DNA of 64,000 nt from Raja brachyura (Eukaryota). The stretch spans positions 84,072,001 through 84,136,000 of the forward strand of contig OY740782.1 in assembly GCA_963514005.1 (NCBI GenBank), given 5' to 3'. The notes under the pieces are model-generated. The model had not been told where the DNA came from, made no database searches, and saw only the letters and a list, made by a program, of their open reading frames with translations. This document shows, in pieces, positions 1 through 13,308 of the stretch. Every line of letters starts with the position of its first letter. The stretch's first letter is position 1. The position numbers and the translations under genes are program-made.

Positions 1-357
1 CAAAACCTGCACAGACCAACTATCTGGAATATTTACAGACATCTTCAATCTCTCATTACTGGGGACTGAGATTCCCAGCTGCTTTAAAAGGGCATCAATA
101 ATACTGGTGCCCAAGAAGAGTAAGGTGACCTGCCCCAACAACTACCAACTGATGGCACTTTTGTCTGTGTTGATGAACTGCTTTGAGAAGTTGGTTATGG
201 CGCATATCAGCTCTTACCTTAGCACGAACCTGAACCCACTACGATTTGCCTACCGCCACATTAGATCAATGGGGAATGCGATTTTGCTGGCCCTCTACTC
301 TGCACTGGGCCAATTGGACAAATAGAGCACAAATGTCAGGCTGTTCTTCATCGACTT
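1..357 (+). mobile_element. Rex1/Babar-like LINE reverse transcriptase fragment
   Basis: [30 protein letters not shown]...CFEKLV...LNPLRFAYRH; same family as 63545-64000. Confidence 0.85.
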
Positions 358-358
358 A

Positions 359-600
359 GGGCAGCACAGTGGCGCAGCAGTAGAATTGTTGCTTTATAGC
401 ACCAGAGACCTGGACCACGGGTACTATCCGCACAGAGTTTGTATGTTCTCCCTGTGAGCACGTGGGTTTTCTCCAGGTGCTCCAGTTTACTCCCACCCTC
501 CAAAGACATATGGGTTTGTGGGTTAATTGGCTTTGGTAAAATTGTCCCTAGTGTGTTGGATAATGCTAGTGTATGGGGTGATCGCTGGTCAGCGTGGATC
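359..600 (+). mobile_element. tRNA-derived V-SINE (HE1-like)
   Basis: Head ggcagcacagtggcgcagc; V-core gtgggttttctccaggtgctccagtttactccca..ccaaagac. Confidence 0.75.
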
Positions 601-1594
601 GGACCACAGGTTGCAACCTACATGTTTTATTGGTACAGCGTTGAAGAGCTGTCCATTCAGATTTAATGACAGCTGTCTTTGCTCTTTTCTCCATTTCCAA
701 AGCCTGATTTCCCAAATCTACTTACTTGTTTGCCAAGATTATGGCTATTCTCCTGCTCTCACCCATGTTGTTTGCTTCTACTTGCTGCCAACTTGTTACT
801 TTGGACATTTCATTCAATTGTACACAACATTCAAATTCAGTTTAGCAGCAACATTAAAATTTGCCCACAATTTGACTCCCAGCCCTGCTTTGAACTGAGA
901 AACATGGAATGATGCAAAACATTTGGTTTCATCATGCCTTTTCTGGGGTTTTTTTTGTAGCTAGCCAGTTTGCTCTTTCCTAATAGCTGTGTGATCTTTT
1001 CTTCAAATATTTATCTTCAACTATTATTATTGAACAGAACGCAGTATTTGTTGAAGGATTAAAAAGCTTTGGATGGCAGAGATATGTCATAAACAGCTCT
1101 GTCATTTTGTCTGGTGAGGGCAGCTTCTGTGTTTCAGAGTTAATAGCATGTACTGGTGACTGTTGTTGCAATTAAGGTTAGAGCATTTTACTGCTGATTC
1201 TCTATGCATGGATCTAACAGGCCAGGCTGTCTGTGATTCTTCAGCCAGGTATTTGTGTTCTTATTCCATGTAATTTTATAGAAGGTCACCAATAAATGTT
1301 ATAATTTCGGACTCAGAGAGCGGTAGGCATGTGAGTTCATTGCCACATGGAGCAGTGGAGACAAATACCATTGAAGCAGCTATGTCGGTGGTATATGACA
1401 CACAGCTCATTACATGTTTATTTCCACCCTGCCCCAGAGCCACTGACACAGTCTCAAGGACTGAGTGGTTGCCGCATGTTTCTCTATGATATGTGTAAGC
1501 ATTTAAAACACAGAACAATGTGGCTCAGCGATGTTGCAATAATGACCCACCTTCAGGAATTTGTTGAGATGCCAAGTGTGAACTTTACTCAAAT

Positions 1595-1780
1595 AAAAAC
1601 ACACAAATGGGTCTCTCAATGGAGGACGTGGATAGGTGACATTTCAGGTCGGGACCCTTCTTCAGTCCTGACCCAAATCGTTACTTATTCATGTCTTCTA
1701 GAGATGCTGCCTGACTTGATGAGTTACTCCAGTACTTTGTTTTGTTTTGGAAAACCAGCATCTGTAATTCCTTGTTTCGC
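1595..1780. mobile_element. Penelope-type palindromic repeat remnant with decayed hammerhead core
   Basis: Minus strand ctgaagaagggtcccgacctgaaatgtc (about 1638-1665), followed by the gagatgctgcctgac..gagttactccag family tail. Confidence 0.55.
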
Positions 1781-2072
1781 TGAGGGCTTTACTCTTCTTG
1801 TTCAGTAGCACATAAGGGTCTAGATGTAGAACTGGAGCAGGAAAGCAAATCTGGAGATGAAATTATAATAATGGCAGGCTGTAAGCAGATCATGACAAAA
1901 ACCTCTAACTGTCACATGTGCTGTGGGAGAACTGTTTTTATTGGTTATACAGAAACCTTGGAAATAGTATTCTACGTATTAATCCACTGGTGAGTGGTGA
2001 AGAGGTAGGGTGGGAGTGATTTTAATTAGTCAACGAGAACCTTTATTTGGACTTGCGTTGGTAGGTAGCTTA

Positions 2073-2730
2073 TGACAATAGACAATAGATGCACGAGTAG
2101 GCCATTTAGCCCTTCGAGCCAGCACTACCATTCAATGTGATCATGGCTGATCATCCCCAATCAGTACCCCGTTCCTGCCTTCTCCCCATATCCTCTGACT
2201 CCGCTATTTTTAAGAGCCCTATCTAGCTCTCTCTTGAAAGCATCCAGAGAGCCTGTCTCCACCGCCCTCTGAGGCAGAAATTCCACAGACTCACCGCTCT
2301 CTGAGAAAAAGTGTTTCCTCGTCTCCGTTCTAAATGGCTTACTCCTTATTCTTAAACTGTGGCCCCTGATTCTGGACTCCCCCAACATCAGGAACATGTT
2401 TCCTGCCTCTAGTGTGTCCAAGCCCTTAACAATCTTATATGTTTCAATGAGATTTCCTCTCATCCTTCTAAACTCCAGAGTGTACAAGCCCAGCTGCTCC
2501 ATTCTCTCAGCATATGACAGTCCTGCCATCCCGGGAATTAACCTTGTAAACCTACGCTGCATTCCCTCAATAGCAAGAATGTCCTTCCTCAAATTAGGGG
2601 ACCAAAACTGCACACAATACTCCAGGTGTGGTCTCACTAGGGTTCTGTACAACTGCAAAAGGACCTCTTTGCTCCTTTATTCGATTCATCTTGTTATAGA
2701 GGTCAACATGCCATTCGCTTTCTTCACTGC
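2073..2730 (-). mobile_element. CR1-clade LINE 3' fragment
   Basis: ORF 2658-2161 LYRTLVRPHLEYCVQFWSP...RRMRGNLIETYKI...GYGEKAGTGY; gacaata tail repeat. Confidence 0.92.
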
Positions 2731-2869
2731 CAAAGCCAAAGCCAAAAGCTTTAATTTAATATGATCTTTAAAGAGAACTGGTAGACAATAATGCTGATCA
2801 TTAGACAATTCCAAGTTATATTGTAGTTTGCATTATTTGCATTTTAACATTTTGCAATCGGCATATGTT

Positions 2870-3570
2870 TACGGGTGGTTGCTGGGGAGTCGCCTTCATG
2901 GTCGTGAGGAGTTCCCACATTTTGTGAACTAGTTGCGGCCAAATTATGGTAGCGAGAATTTTTCAACATGTTGAAAACTTAGCGGCGACTAGAATGAAGT
3001 TTCCGTGGAGAGTAGCGGGAATTCTCGTGCCGTAGGTGGGTCACAAGGAGGTCCTAGTGGGTTGCCAGGAGGTCGAAGGTTCTCAGAGGTTCTCGTAGGT
3101 TGGAGCCGGTGCTGACCAGCGAATTTCATTGGCTCATTGGGGGAAAAAAAGGTAAGCAGTAGTTTTCAGATCCAAGGAACCGACCGGTAATGTTAAATGT
3201 TCTCCAATCTTCACAGCCGTGTATCTCTGGCTTCTTAAAAGTTGTCTCCACTCCTTCTCCCTCCTTCTCCCCTCTCTCCCCGCCCCCCCTCTTTTAAAGG
3301 ACTTACCGTACACTGAGCTTTAGCTGTCTTAATTACAGCACCAACCTTCCTGTTCATCACGGTGTGTGTCTGTATCACCTTGGCTTTGCACCATGCAAAT
3401 GTTTTAGACAGCGCCCCCCTGCTTGCCCTGGCCCCCGCCTTTGCTATGTGTTTGTGTGTGTGTGTTCTACTCTGACAATCGCCATTCCAGTTCCCGGTTT
3501 TTCAGGCGACTGCCGGCAACTTGACAGTCGCCGGTAGCCCACTGAAAAATTGCCTAAGTGGGACAGGCCC
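2870..3570. mobile_element. PIF/Harbinger-like MITE, left-truncated
   Basis: Ends agtgggacaggccc; internal sequence is shared with the 52210-52846 element. Confidence 0.7.
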
Positions 3571-4282
3571 ATGAATGATCTAAAAAAAGTCCCAATTCTC
3601 AGTTTATCAAATAAGAAAAATGATATTACCTTGATAGTTATAGCAGTATGAACAGAAACAAGATAAACACAGCTGTTGGAAATAGCAATGGAAGGATACT
3701 TAACAGGGTAAGATAGCAGGAGGAGGCATATGTGCAGCACAAACAAGAGGAGGGATATGTTGGTCCAAATGGTCTGCTCTGCCCTGTCCATTTTCATATA
3801 ATTCTGTGAATCTGCTTCCACTGCATTTGAATCACATAGTCTCTTTCATCAACAGTCCCTTGGGATCTGGCATGAGCTTCACCGGTACATTTCAGATCAG
3901 GACACTTTACCGTACATGCAATTGCCATTTACTTGCTCTTTGTACCCTATGGTTATCAAATTCAAAAATACTATAATAAGAAAAAACACAGCTTCCCCAG
4001 TGCCACTACATAACTGAAATCACACTGGTGGTGTTCTTCTGCATCCATTTCAGAGCTTTGTCTTCTTTGCTGTAAGCTGACATCCAGGCTAAAACACCAT
4101 AACCTAATTGAGACCAAATCTGTCTTTCATAACAGATTAGTTAACTCCTTGCATTTATAATGCATTCCTCTTTCAAAGAACCCAATAGCCATATAACATA
4201 ACAGCTGTATTAAAGGACTTTGATCTTCTCCCATCTTCTTCCCATAGCTTTGCACATGCAATGCTGCCAGCAGATACTCTGA

Positions 4283-4840
4283 AGTCATAGTCGTACAACA
4301 CGGAAACAGGCCCGTTGACCCAACTCGTCCCTGCTGATCAAGATGCCTCATCTAAGCTCGTCCATTTGCTCTCATTTGATCCATATTCCTTGAAACCTTT
4401 CCTATCCATGTACCTATTAAAATGTTGTTTTTTATGTTGTTATTGTACACACCCCAACGACCTCCTTCCTACCACTCTCTGAGTGGAAAAGGTCCCCCTC
4501 CGGTTGCCATTAAATCTTTCCCCTCTCACCTTAAACCTATATCCTCTAATGCTGGATTCTCCTACTCTGGGTAAAAGACTGCATTCATCCAATCAATTCC
4601 TCTCATGATTTTATTCACCTCTATAACATCACCTCTTAGCCTCTTGAGCACCAAAGAATAAAATCCTAGCTCGTGCAATCTCTCCCTATAGCTCAGGCCC
4701 TGAAGTCATGGCAACATCTTTGTGGTAGATCTTCTCTGCACTTTTTCCAGCTTAAAGACATCCTTCCTATAGCAGTGACCAAAACTGAACAGAATACTGC
4801 AAATGTGGCCTCTCCGATGGCTTGTACAGCTTTAATAGAC
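4283..4840 (-). mobile_element. Decayed CR1 3' fragment
   Basis: CR1 tail (acggaaacaggccc...) and ctgaacagaatactgcaaatgtggcct (EYCVQFW region) on the - strand. Confidence 0.7.
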
Positions 4841-4849
4841 TGTCTTTTG

Positions 4850-5130
4850 GGTCGCTCAGTGGCGTAATGGTAGGGTTGCTGCCTTACAACACAAGAAATC
4901 CAGGTTTGATCCTGACTACAGGTGCAATCTGTAGGACGTTTGTACATTCTCTCTGTGACCGCGTGGGTTCCAGTTTCCTCCCACACTCCAAAGACATACG
5001 GTTGTAGGTTAATTGCCTTCTCTACATTGTAAATTGTTCCTAGTGTGTAGGATAGTGCTAGTGTACAGGGTGATCGCTGGTCAGCGCGGATTCAGTGGGC
5101 CAAACGGCCTGTTTACACGCAGTATCTCTT
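4850..5130 (+). mobile_element. V-SINE (HE1-like)
   Basis: tRNA-like head, ccagtttcctcccacactccaaagac core, CR1-like tail gggccaaacggcctgtttacacgcagtatctc. Confidence 0.75.
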
Positions 5131-5139
5131 AAAGTTTCA

Positions 5140-5800
5140 TCTTCTATACTCGATACCCTGACTAATAAAAGCCAATGTACCCAAAGCCTTCTTTATCACC
5201 ATATCTACCTGTGACACCACTTTCTGGGATCTGTGCAACTATACTCCTAGGTCCCTCTGCTCTACGGCACTCCCCTGGGTCTTCCCTTTCACTATGAAGG
5301 TTCTGGTCTGGTTTGACTTCCCAAAATGCAACACCTCACACATATCTGCATTGAAATCCATTTGCCATTCAGCAGCCCACTTGCTGAACTGATCAAAATC
5401 TTCCTGTAGATTTTGATAACCCTCTTCACTGTCTACGATACTATGTGATGTAATCTGCAATTTCACTAATCATGCCTTGCCCATTCTCATCTAACTCGTT
5501 AATATAAACCACTAACAACAATGGGCCAGCACCAATCCCTGAGGCACACCACTAGTCACAGGCCTCCATGAAAAAAATCAACCTTCCGCCAACACCCCCA
5601 GCTTCCTTCCATGAAGGCAGCTAGCTCTCCCTAGATGCCATACCATTAACCTTCCAGAGCGGCCTAACATGTGGAACCTTATCAAAGGCGCTATCAAAGT
5701 CCACATACATCATCTCCAGAGTCTTCAGCCTTGCCCTTGTCAACCTGCTTAGTTACTTCTTCAAAAAAACTCAATCAAATTTGTCAGACACTATCTCCCA
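5140..5800 (-). mobile_element. Decayed CR1 RT fragment
   Basis: WAAEWQMDFNADMCEVLHFG...QRDLGV motif in ORF 5466-5239. Confidence 0.8.
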
Positions 5801-6208
5801 CGTACCACTTAGTTTTGCACACTCTTTCTACTCAAATGCACCATTTCATGCTTCTGTGTTATGTTTCATGTATGAAATGGTTGCCCATTTATCAGTCACT
5901 CTGTGCTGGATTATTACACCTTATTGATCACACCATTTCCAGGTTAAATATGATCTGCCAGCCATGACATTATGCCAAATACTGTTAAATCCAGGTCTAA
6001 AAGAGCAATGCTCCAAATACCAACTCCTGGAGAGACTATTGCATACTTCTTTGGATCTAAGAAAACAATTGTTCATCACTAGGCATTTTGTTCTGTGAAG
6101 GGAACTGACCTGCCATAAGAGGTGTGCGGCAGTTTCCCCAGCATGAGGTTCAGTGACAGATCCAGTAGCGTCTATCAATCATTAAGTCCAGACCTATACA
6201 GTTATGTA

Positions 6209-7716
6209 TAGAGTCAGGATGCCATGTGCATTTTCATGCCTTTTTGATGATTTCACCAAAATAATGCTTTTTTCAGGATCAAGTGCCTAAATCAGCGTTT
6301 TTTTGCCATTTTACTAAAAGATCGTGCTATTTTCTCCAATTGTACCGTGATTACAATGATGTTTTCTATGTTAACACTATATTCCACCCTGGTGGAATAA
6401 AACTGGGTGAAAAAAAGGTTTTACCTTCCACTACCTGCAACCTCTGGCAACCATCTTCAACTAGCATCGCAACCGGCTTCGACTAAAAAATTACCGATTT
6501 TGAAAACGGCAACTTATTTTTAGTCGCGGCCGGTTTTGAATTTTTTGAAATAATCGCCGGACCATAGAAGAAACGGAAACCACTTTCGACCATTAGGGAG
6601 ACTGAGAAAAACCTCGGGAACCTCCGGGAACCGCACGGAAACCTGGGTGGGGTGCAAAGTCTTCAGAGGTTTTCGTTCAGGTTTCCCAAGTGGGACAGGG
6701 GCATTACAAGAAAAATGATTACACTCATTGATGTTGGAATTCCACTGTGGAAATTGGAAAACAAATCTCTCAGAGGTTTTTTTTAGAGAAATACACAGAG
6801 GAACATATACCAAGTGAGTCATCATTATGGAAGAAATATGTTGACAGCAACTTCAACATTGTTGTGCAGAAAATTAGAAATGAAGTTGCGTGCAACAAAA
6901 TATGGATCTCAATAGACGAGGCAACCGATGCTGTGTGGAGATATGTAGCCAATGTGGTCATCGGTACACTGGAGGCAGGTCAACCATCAAAGGAGTATTG
7001 GAGAAGTCAAACAGCTCAACTATTGCTCAGTTGTTTACATCTTCACTTGCTGTACTTTTGCTAGAAGTATAAAACACGAGAATGTTTTTCTGTTTGTGAC
7101 TGATGCAGCTCCGTACATGAAAAATGCTGCTCGTGCTCTTAAAGTTTTATTCCCCAAAATGTTGCATTTGACATGCTTAGCTCAAGGACTTCATAGAATT
7201 GTCAAGCACTTACGTAGCTTGTTTCCAAATGTCGATCGCCTAGTTTCCAATGTCAAGAAATGCCAAATGCCAAAGGTATACAGGGGAAATGTGACAGAGT
7301 GATTTTAGCTAACAAAGATCTTGAAGAAATACAAAACATAGCTAACGTTCTCAAAGGTAGTTGTAATACACAAGATATCGACATGAATATAGAGACTGTA
7401 GTTTCGGGTAAGCACGAGTGACCTCAGCTGAGGTAGAAAGAAGTTTTTCACAACTGAAGCATATTCTGTCTGATAGACGGCATAGTTTAACACCAGATAA
7501 TTTGAAAAAAATGTTAGTAATTATGTGGAACCAGACAACTTTGGTCATTTAAGGAAGAATTTCTTTATATTACCATTTTGAAACATATTTTGGTGGTGGA
7601 AATAAATGCCTTTTTATGTCTTTTTTTGACAATAAATGCCTTTATCGTGCATTGTTTGTAATTTTATTATGCCTTTTTGCCTGCCCATTTCAGAGTTTTT
7701 TAGCGTCCTGGCTCTA
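6209..7716 (+). mobile_element. hAT DNA transposon with broken CGGBP1-like transposase
   Basis: TIRs tagagtcaggatgc / gcgtcctggctcta; perfect 8-bp TSD gttatgta (6201-6208, 7717-7724); frameshifted ORFs with WISIDEATD, FVTDAAPYM, HLTCLAQGLHRI. Confidence 0.88.
6390..6702. mobile_element. Harbinger-like MITE fragment nested in the hAT element
   Basis: GC-richer insert ending aagtgggacaggggc, matching the gggcctgtcccact TIR family. Confidence 0.55.
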
Positions 7717-8009
7717 GTTATGTATGTCCGGCAATTAATAAATGCCAGACCTTCCCTTTGGAAACACTGGTTGCTCAAGTGTAAAAACATAGAGCCACAG
7801 AAATGACTACTGTATGAAGCCCTTTGTCCTATCTTGTCCTAGTTGGTTGTGATAACATGTGGAACACTGATCATGACCATCGTTTGATGACATTAAATTT
7901 CTTGAACCCTACATCAGTCCGTTGGGACCAACCTCCTGGCGATGACCTCTGTCTATCCCTAGAGAGATATGGTATCCTAGTACACAATTGAAACTGGCTA
8001 CTCTGAAGC

Positions 8010-8225
8010 TGGACACAAAGAGCTGGAGTAACTCAGCGGGTCAGGCAGCAGCTCCAGAGAAAATTGGGTAACATCTCAGGTCAGGATCCTTCTTCAGAGA
8101 ATTCAGTCTGAAGAAGTTTCCCAACCCAAACATCACCTCTAGAGATGCTGCGTGACTCACTGCGTTACTCCAGCGCTTTGTCTATCTTTGGTATAAACCA
8201 GCATCTGCAGCTCCTTGTTTCTATC
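8010..8225. mobile_element. Penelope-type inverted-repeat element
   Basis: gctggagtaactcagcgggtcaggcagca...cttcttcaga / tctgaagaag...agatgctgcgtgactcactgcgttactccagc, arranged as a foldback. Confidence 0.6.
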
Positions 8226-8429
8226 TTCTTTTCTATGAAGCTGCAGCAAGTTAGGAAAATTAATAAAATTCAATAATTTATAGCTGCAAAATTGTCTACA
8301 AAGGTTGAGGAGTTAGGCATCAGTTATATAGTTATATAGGGCAGGGGTATGAATAACTGTTTCTATGAACATTATCGATCTCCTTAATTAAGAGTGGATG
8401 TTAATATCTGGAAGAGGTTGACATTACTC

Positions 8430-8830
8430 AACTAATATCTAAAGAAGGCATTATGAGGAAACCATACCTGCTGGAATTTAGAAGAGTTATAACAGTTTGA
8501 ATCATTTGGGATATTGAGGGATCTTGATAGGATGGATATGGAGAGTTTTCTCTTGTGGAAGCTATAGATTACTTTTAAAAATAAGTGGTCACCCAGTTAA
8601 GACATGGATGAGGTGATTTTTTTCCTCTGAGGGTCATGAGCCTTTTGATCTCCCTGCCTCAATGGGTGAGGGGGGGGGAGGGGGAAATTAAACCAGAATA
8701 CTTTATTATTTTCAAGGCAGAGATTCATAAACAAGCAGGGAAGATTACTATAGGTCGACTGATGCTACATTTACGTCAGCCATGATTTTATCAGATGGTG
8801 GAACAGACAGACTCAAATGTCTAGTGGCCT
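8430..8830 (+). mobile_element. Highly decayed CR1 3' fragment
   Basis: ctggaatttagaaga..., gatcttgataggatggatatggag, cagccatgat...gatggtggaacagac tail motifs. Confidence 0.55.
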
Positions 8831-8832
8831 TT

Positions 8833-8911
8833 TGGGGTCAAGGAAAGAGCGTTCACGTCGCGGCCCTGTTTTCACCAATCTTTCCACCACCATGCACAAG
8901 AAGCGCAAGAC
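8833..8911 (+). repeat. 79-bp dispersed repeat, inverted partner of 12469-12547
   Basis: tggggtcaaggaaagagcgttca...aagaagcgcaagac is the near reverse complement of 12469-12547. Confidence 0.85.
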
Positions 8912-9344
8912 AGACACACTTGTATGCAGATGCTCTGGCTGAACAACTTCAAATCTTTTGCAAATAAGAAGAAGTGGCCTTTTTCACCTCCTAATTGTTC
9001 TTCCAACTTTCTAATTGCATGCCTGGGGGATTCTTTTAATCTCCAACAAATACAATTCAGTAGCCCCTTCCACAAAGAACACCTCTTACAGGCACTGCTC
9101 TTCACCATCCATTTGAACCCCCCTTGAGTATTCTCCTATCTTTCTCGCTTCTTTGCAGCATCCATTCATTAAAGTCTAACATTCCTCATAGCTGGAAAGT
9201 GCTGGTTGTGTTGCGTATGTTCTATGAAGCATTCGAAGATTGCACCCATGATACTAAATGCTAAGAGTTGTGAATACCTAGTGTAGATTGATAGAACTAG
9301 TAAAACTAGTAAGACCAGTAATGCTGAAACTAGTAAGACCAGTA

Positions 9345-9717
9345 TTACAAAGGGAAACTCAATAAGCGAGTTCGGTATTCCGAAAAACGCAAGGAATCAT
9401 GGGATTTGTCAAAAGTCATTCGCTATAAAGAAAAAGCAAACGAAGCGCTGGCTGTATAAACTGAGTATAAATTCTTATCTTTATTCATAGTTTACATTTA
9501 AAAATATATTTAATCTGAGGAATGGGGTTGCCAGGTAGTGGGAGAGCGGGGTGTAACAGCGAGAGAGAGGGAGACAGGGGAGAGACTGGACCGGCGGAGA
9601 GACATTCTCGGCTGCTCCACGCACACAGACCCGCGCCTCATTCGCAGCCAGGATCGAACCCGGGTCCCCGGCGCCGTAAGCGCTGCCGAACCGCCACTGG
9701 AGCCACTATGCACTGGT
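9345..9717 (-). mobile_element. tRNA-headed SINE-like composite repeat
   Basis: Minus strand tggctccagtggcggttcggcagcgcttacggcgccggggacccgggttcgatcctggc (A-box-like and B-box GGTTCGATCC); no full cloverleaf. Confidence 0.5.
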
Positions 9718-12468
9718 GGTAGAGTGAATGGAAAAAAATACATTCTCTCTACCACCGGTGCATTGTGGCTGCAGTATATATCATCAAAAAATACTTTGTA
9801 GTTATTTGCCTGAGTTATTAGAACAGCATGCCCCAAACTGTGACCCTCATCACCAAGAAGGTAGCAATGCATGGGAACACCATCATTTGTTGAATCACAT
9901 AAAACATGTACACCTGTCTGACATGAGAGTAAATCACTGGTCCTTCGTTATTGCTGAGTGTCTATCTTGGAACTCCTTATCCAACAGATTTCCGTCAGTG
10001 GGTCAGCATTAGTTCATGGCTCGCCGTCACCATTTCAAGGGCATTTAAATGCCTGTGAAGCACATAGTCCCAAAACACCGATTATTTATGATAAAACATT
10101 AAAAGGTGATATCCAAAACCCTACAGTAAACTCTGTAAGATCAGGATAATTATTTTCTATCGCTAGCGAATTAAAACAATTGGGTACCCCTACTTCAGAC
10201 TGTGATGTAATTAATTTAAGATCACTAATATTCTAGACTATTTTTATGACTGTATGGTCAGTAATTTATCCATTTGGGTATTATAGGATAATTTTCCTTA
10301 ATGAGAAGTAGAATTAGGGAGGTATCAGCTCCAGTACACCTGGTAACTATATTAAAAAGTACACAAACTGCTCTAGGATCTGATCTATCACAGTATATAA
10401 AATAAAGGTGATTGTTCCTTTGCACTCTCCTGAACAAAAGAACAAATTGTACCAATTATCTGATTGCTGACAACTGGTTTGTTAGCTGCAATCCCGACGA
10501 AAGCCAATAAAGGAGCTGCTGCTGACTTAAAGAAACAATTAAGAATATTCGACTAGGGAGAAGATAGGAACATAAAGGACAGCTGTCAGCACAAGAAATT
10601 TGTAATGCACAACCACAGGTTACCTTAGCGATTTTTTTTTGCACAACCACAGGTTACCTTAGCGATTTATTTCTTTGTTGAAAAATTGAGAATCATCACA
10701 CCTACTATGTACTCCAAGAAAGACGTGCTTTAGTAATATTTTTACAGCAAAAACAAATCAAAATTATGTTCATTAAGGAGATGGACTGTGTATTTGCTAT
10801 GCCTCATCAATATGCTAATTATTGACCAGATTTCATAAATAAGTTGTAATCATGAAAGTCATGAAAATGATCAAGAATATTAGTGATATTGAATAAACTG
10901 CATCACAAGCTCAAACAAACATACATTAGATCCATTTTATTTTTTCTGAATTTTTATATTATAATATTTCTACAGCATGCAGGGGCAGTCGATTAAGAGA
11001 ATAGAATTCACACAAAATGTAAAAATCACAATTGAAGTTAAAAATAAAGCCAATGGTGTTTTATCGTCGTATATAACTTCCTTGGGGTTAGAGGTAAAAT
11101 TGGATTTGGTTTTGTTTGTTAACATCATTATGAACAAGATCAATAATGTTTACTTAGAGAATTGAAATTATTTGCTGGATAGATGTCCAGCTATTGAAAT
11201 AATAAACACTTAGTGACAATGTATGTCACATCATGATTTGGATTGGGAGGTAACAATTCAAATGAATGTTCAAGCCAGCATTTAATTAAAATCCATTGTA
11301 ATCTAAGGGGAATCGTTTAAAAATGATTAGGTTAAAGTAAGTAATTGTCTCCAGAGACTTTTATGCTGGTCTACATATTTTTCTGAGATAAAGACATAGA
11401 TGTATGAAAATATGGTGGATATAGAGCTGAAGTTACACTGTAGAGAGTACATTTTTTCAGCAAAATGTGATGATAGCAGAGTTACAAAGCATTCATATGC
11501 ATAGGCTTCTTTAATGCCTGTAATGAAAATAATTAAAAATGTACAAGCGTTTGCATATAGGGAAGTCTTAAAATATCAAGATTTAATCTCAATTCCTGAT
11601 GATTCATGCAGTTTCTGGAATCTATTTACAAATAATCTGCAATGAGACAAAAGTTTTAATTTGACCAAAAGCGTTTAGATTTTTCAAGAATAAGGCTATG
11701 CCAGAAGCTGTAAACATTTTGTGGGAGTGTTTCTAATAATATGTATTGTGAAGGTGTCTCGGAACTCACAATTACAAGCTACGTTCCCATCTATAAGGAG
11801 TAATCGGATAGCATGAAATCATAAGGCAAGGTCATAGATGATATTACCTAGAAGATTATTCTTATGTATGGGAAATAAGGCATGGATATTTGCCAAAACC
11901 ACCATCATGGAAATTGGATCACAAGCAAACTAATTTTTTGCAGCATTTTTACAGCAGCATTTTTACAGCAACCTATTTGCGTACCCATTTGGACACATTC
12001 AAGTTTCTAGTCTGGAAATTTGGTCCTTTAGGACTGTCGGAAACTAAACCCGCAAAACCTGAGGATGCATTAATGAAGCCTTCAGCCCGAGGCCCACAGC
12101 TACATATGGATTTGAAACTTTCCCTTCAGTTCCTGTGTAAAGGATGGATGAGGAGAATGGGTGAATAGACCAACTGGCTCTGAGTTGTAGGATGTGGAAA
12201 GGGCACATTGGAAACACTGACCTCATGGGTGATTTTGGTGCATGAAATCAAAAGGAGGATGTGATAGCTTAAAATGGGCCAAGTCACATTAATGAATTTC
12301 CATAATCATCATTATGAAAACTGACTTGACTATCAACATTTCTTGAGATTAAATGTCATCTACTACCATGAAGCCCAGATCCACATTCCTCTTATCGAGT
12401 CCTCATCACAAGATTAGAAATTGTTCAGCCAGGGCTGAGCACACTTCTCGGCATTTGCAGACAATGGC

Positions 12469-12547
12469 GTCTTGCGCTTCTTGTGCGCAGTGGTGGAAAG
12501 ATTGGTGGAAACAGGGCCGCAAAATGAACGCTCTTTCCTTGACCCCA
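12469..12547 (-). repeat. 79-bp dispersed repeat, inverted partner of 8833-8911
   Basis: gtcttgcgcttcttgtgcgcagtggtggaaagattggtgg...ctctttccttgacccca. Confidence 0.85.
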
Positions 12548-13134
12548 TTTCCACATTGAATCAAGGTTATATTGTTGTTCCTACTTGCAGAGGACTAATG
12601 GGACTTTGCCTTCCGCTGCATTGGCCCCATAACCTTTGGTCCTTTATTTTATGCAGTGAAGGCATTTTAACTTGAAACTGATTTGTCTTTGTGCATTACT
12701 AGTAAATGATTATTTGAGTTCTCCTTGGATATTTGCAATCCAGGAGAAGAGAGATCAACTAGTGGATTTTAAACTTGTATTTGATTTATGGAGAGAAGGA
12801 TAAAAACATTTGGCCTTTGGAATTTGTTTTTAGATTCTTAGGGATTTTGCTTCCCTAATTGTGATGTACATTTACATCCTTATAACATGAAGGTAAATTG
12901 AATGACATCTTTCCCTCAGTTTTTATAGCATTTTTCAATTTTCAATTTACCAAAGCAATTTAAATCTATTTTCTGATTAACTTTATTTTATGCTGGAAAT
13001 ACACTTAATCCTGGCATTTGTGACAGAATTTTTACAATATATTATCTTCAAACACATAATTATTTATGACATGCCGCTTTAAACGAGTTTTCTTCAAGTT
13101 GAATGTACCTCAACTATTTTGTCATTACGATGAC

Positions 13135-13290
13135 GTGCAGGTTTGTAGGTTAATGGGCCTTTGAAAATTGCCCCGAGTGTGTAGGGAGTGGATGCGAAAG
13201 TGGAGTAACATAGAACTAGTATAAATGGGTGATCAATGATTGGTGTTGACTCGGTATGCCATAGGGCCCTATCCAGGTGTATCTTTAAAT
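13135..13290 (+). mobile_element. V-SINE 3' half
   Basis: gacgtgcaggtttgtaggttaat...aaattgccccgagtgtgtaggg...gggccctatccaggtgtatct. Confidence 0.65.
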
Positions 13291-13308
13291 ACATAAATAC
13301 AATGGAGG

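Noticed and set aside
9645-9705. tRNA-like sequence with B-box on the - strand
   Set aside because: It has no complete acceptor stem or cloverleaf and runs into repeat sequence; it is a SINE head.
10606-10668. Short tandem duplications (gcacaaccacaggttaccttagcgattt x2; also 46948-46993 and 9303-9344)
   Set aside because: Ordinary local slippage duplications with no further structure.
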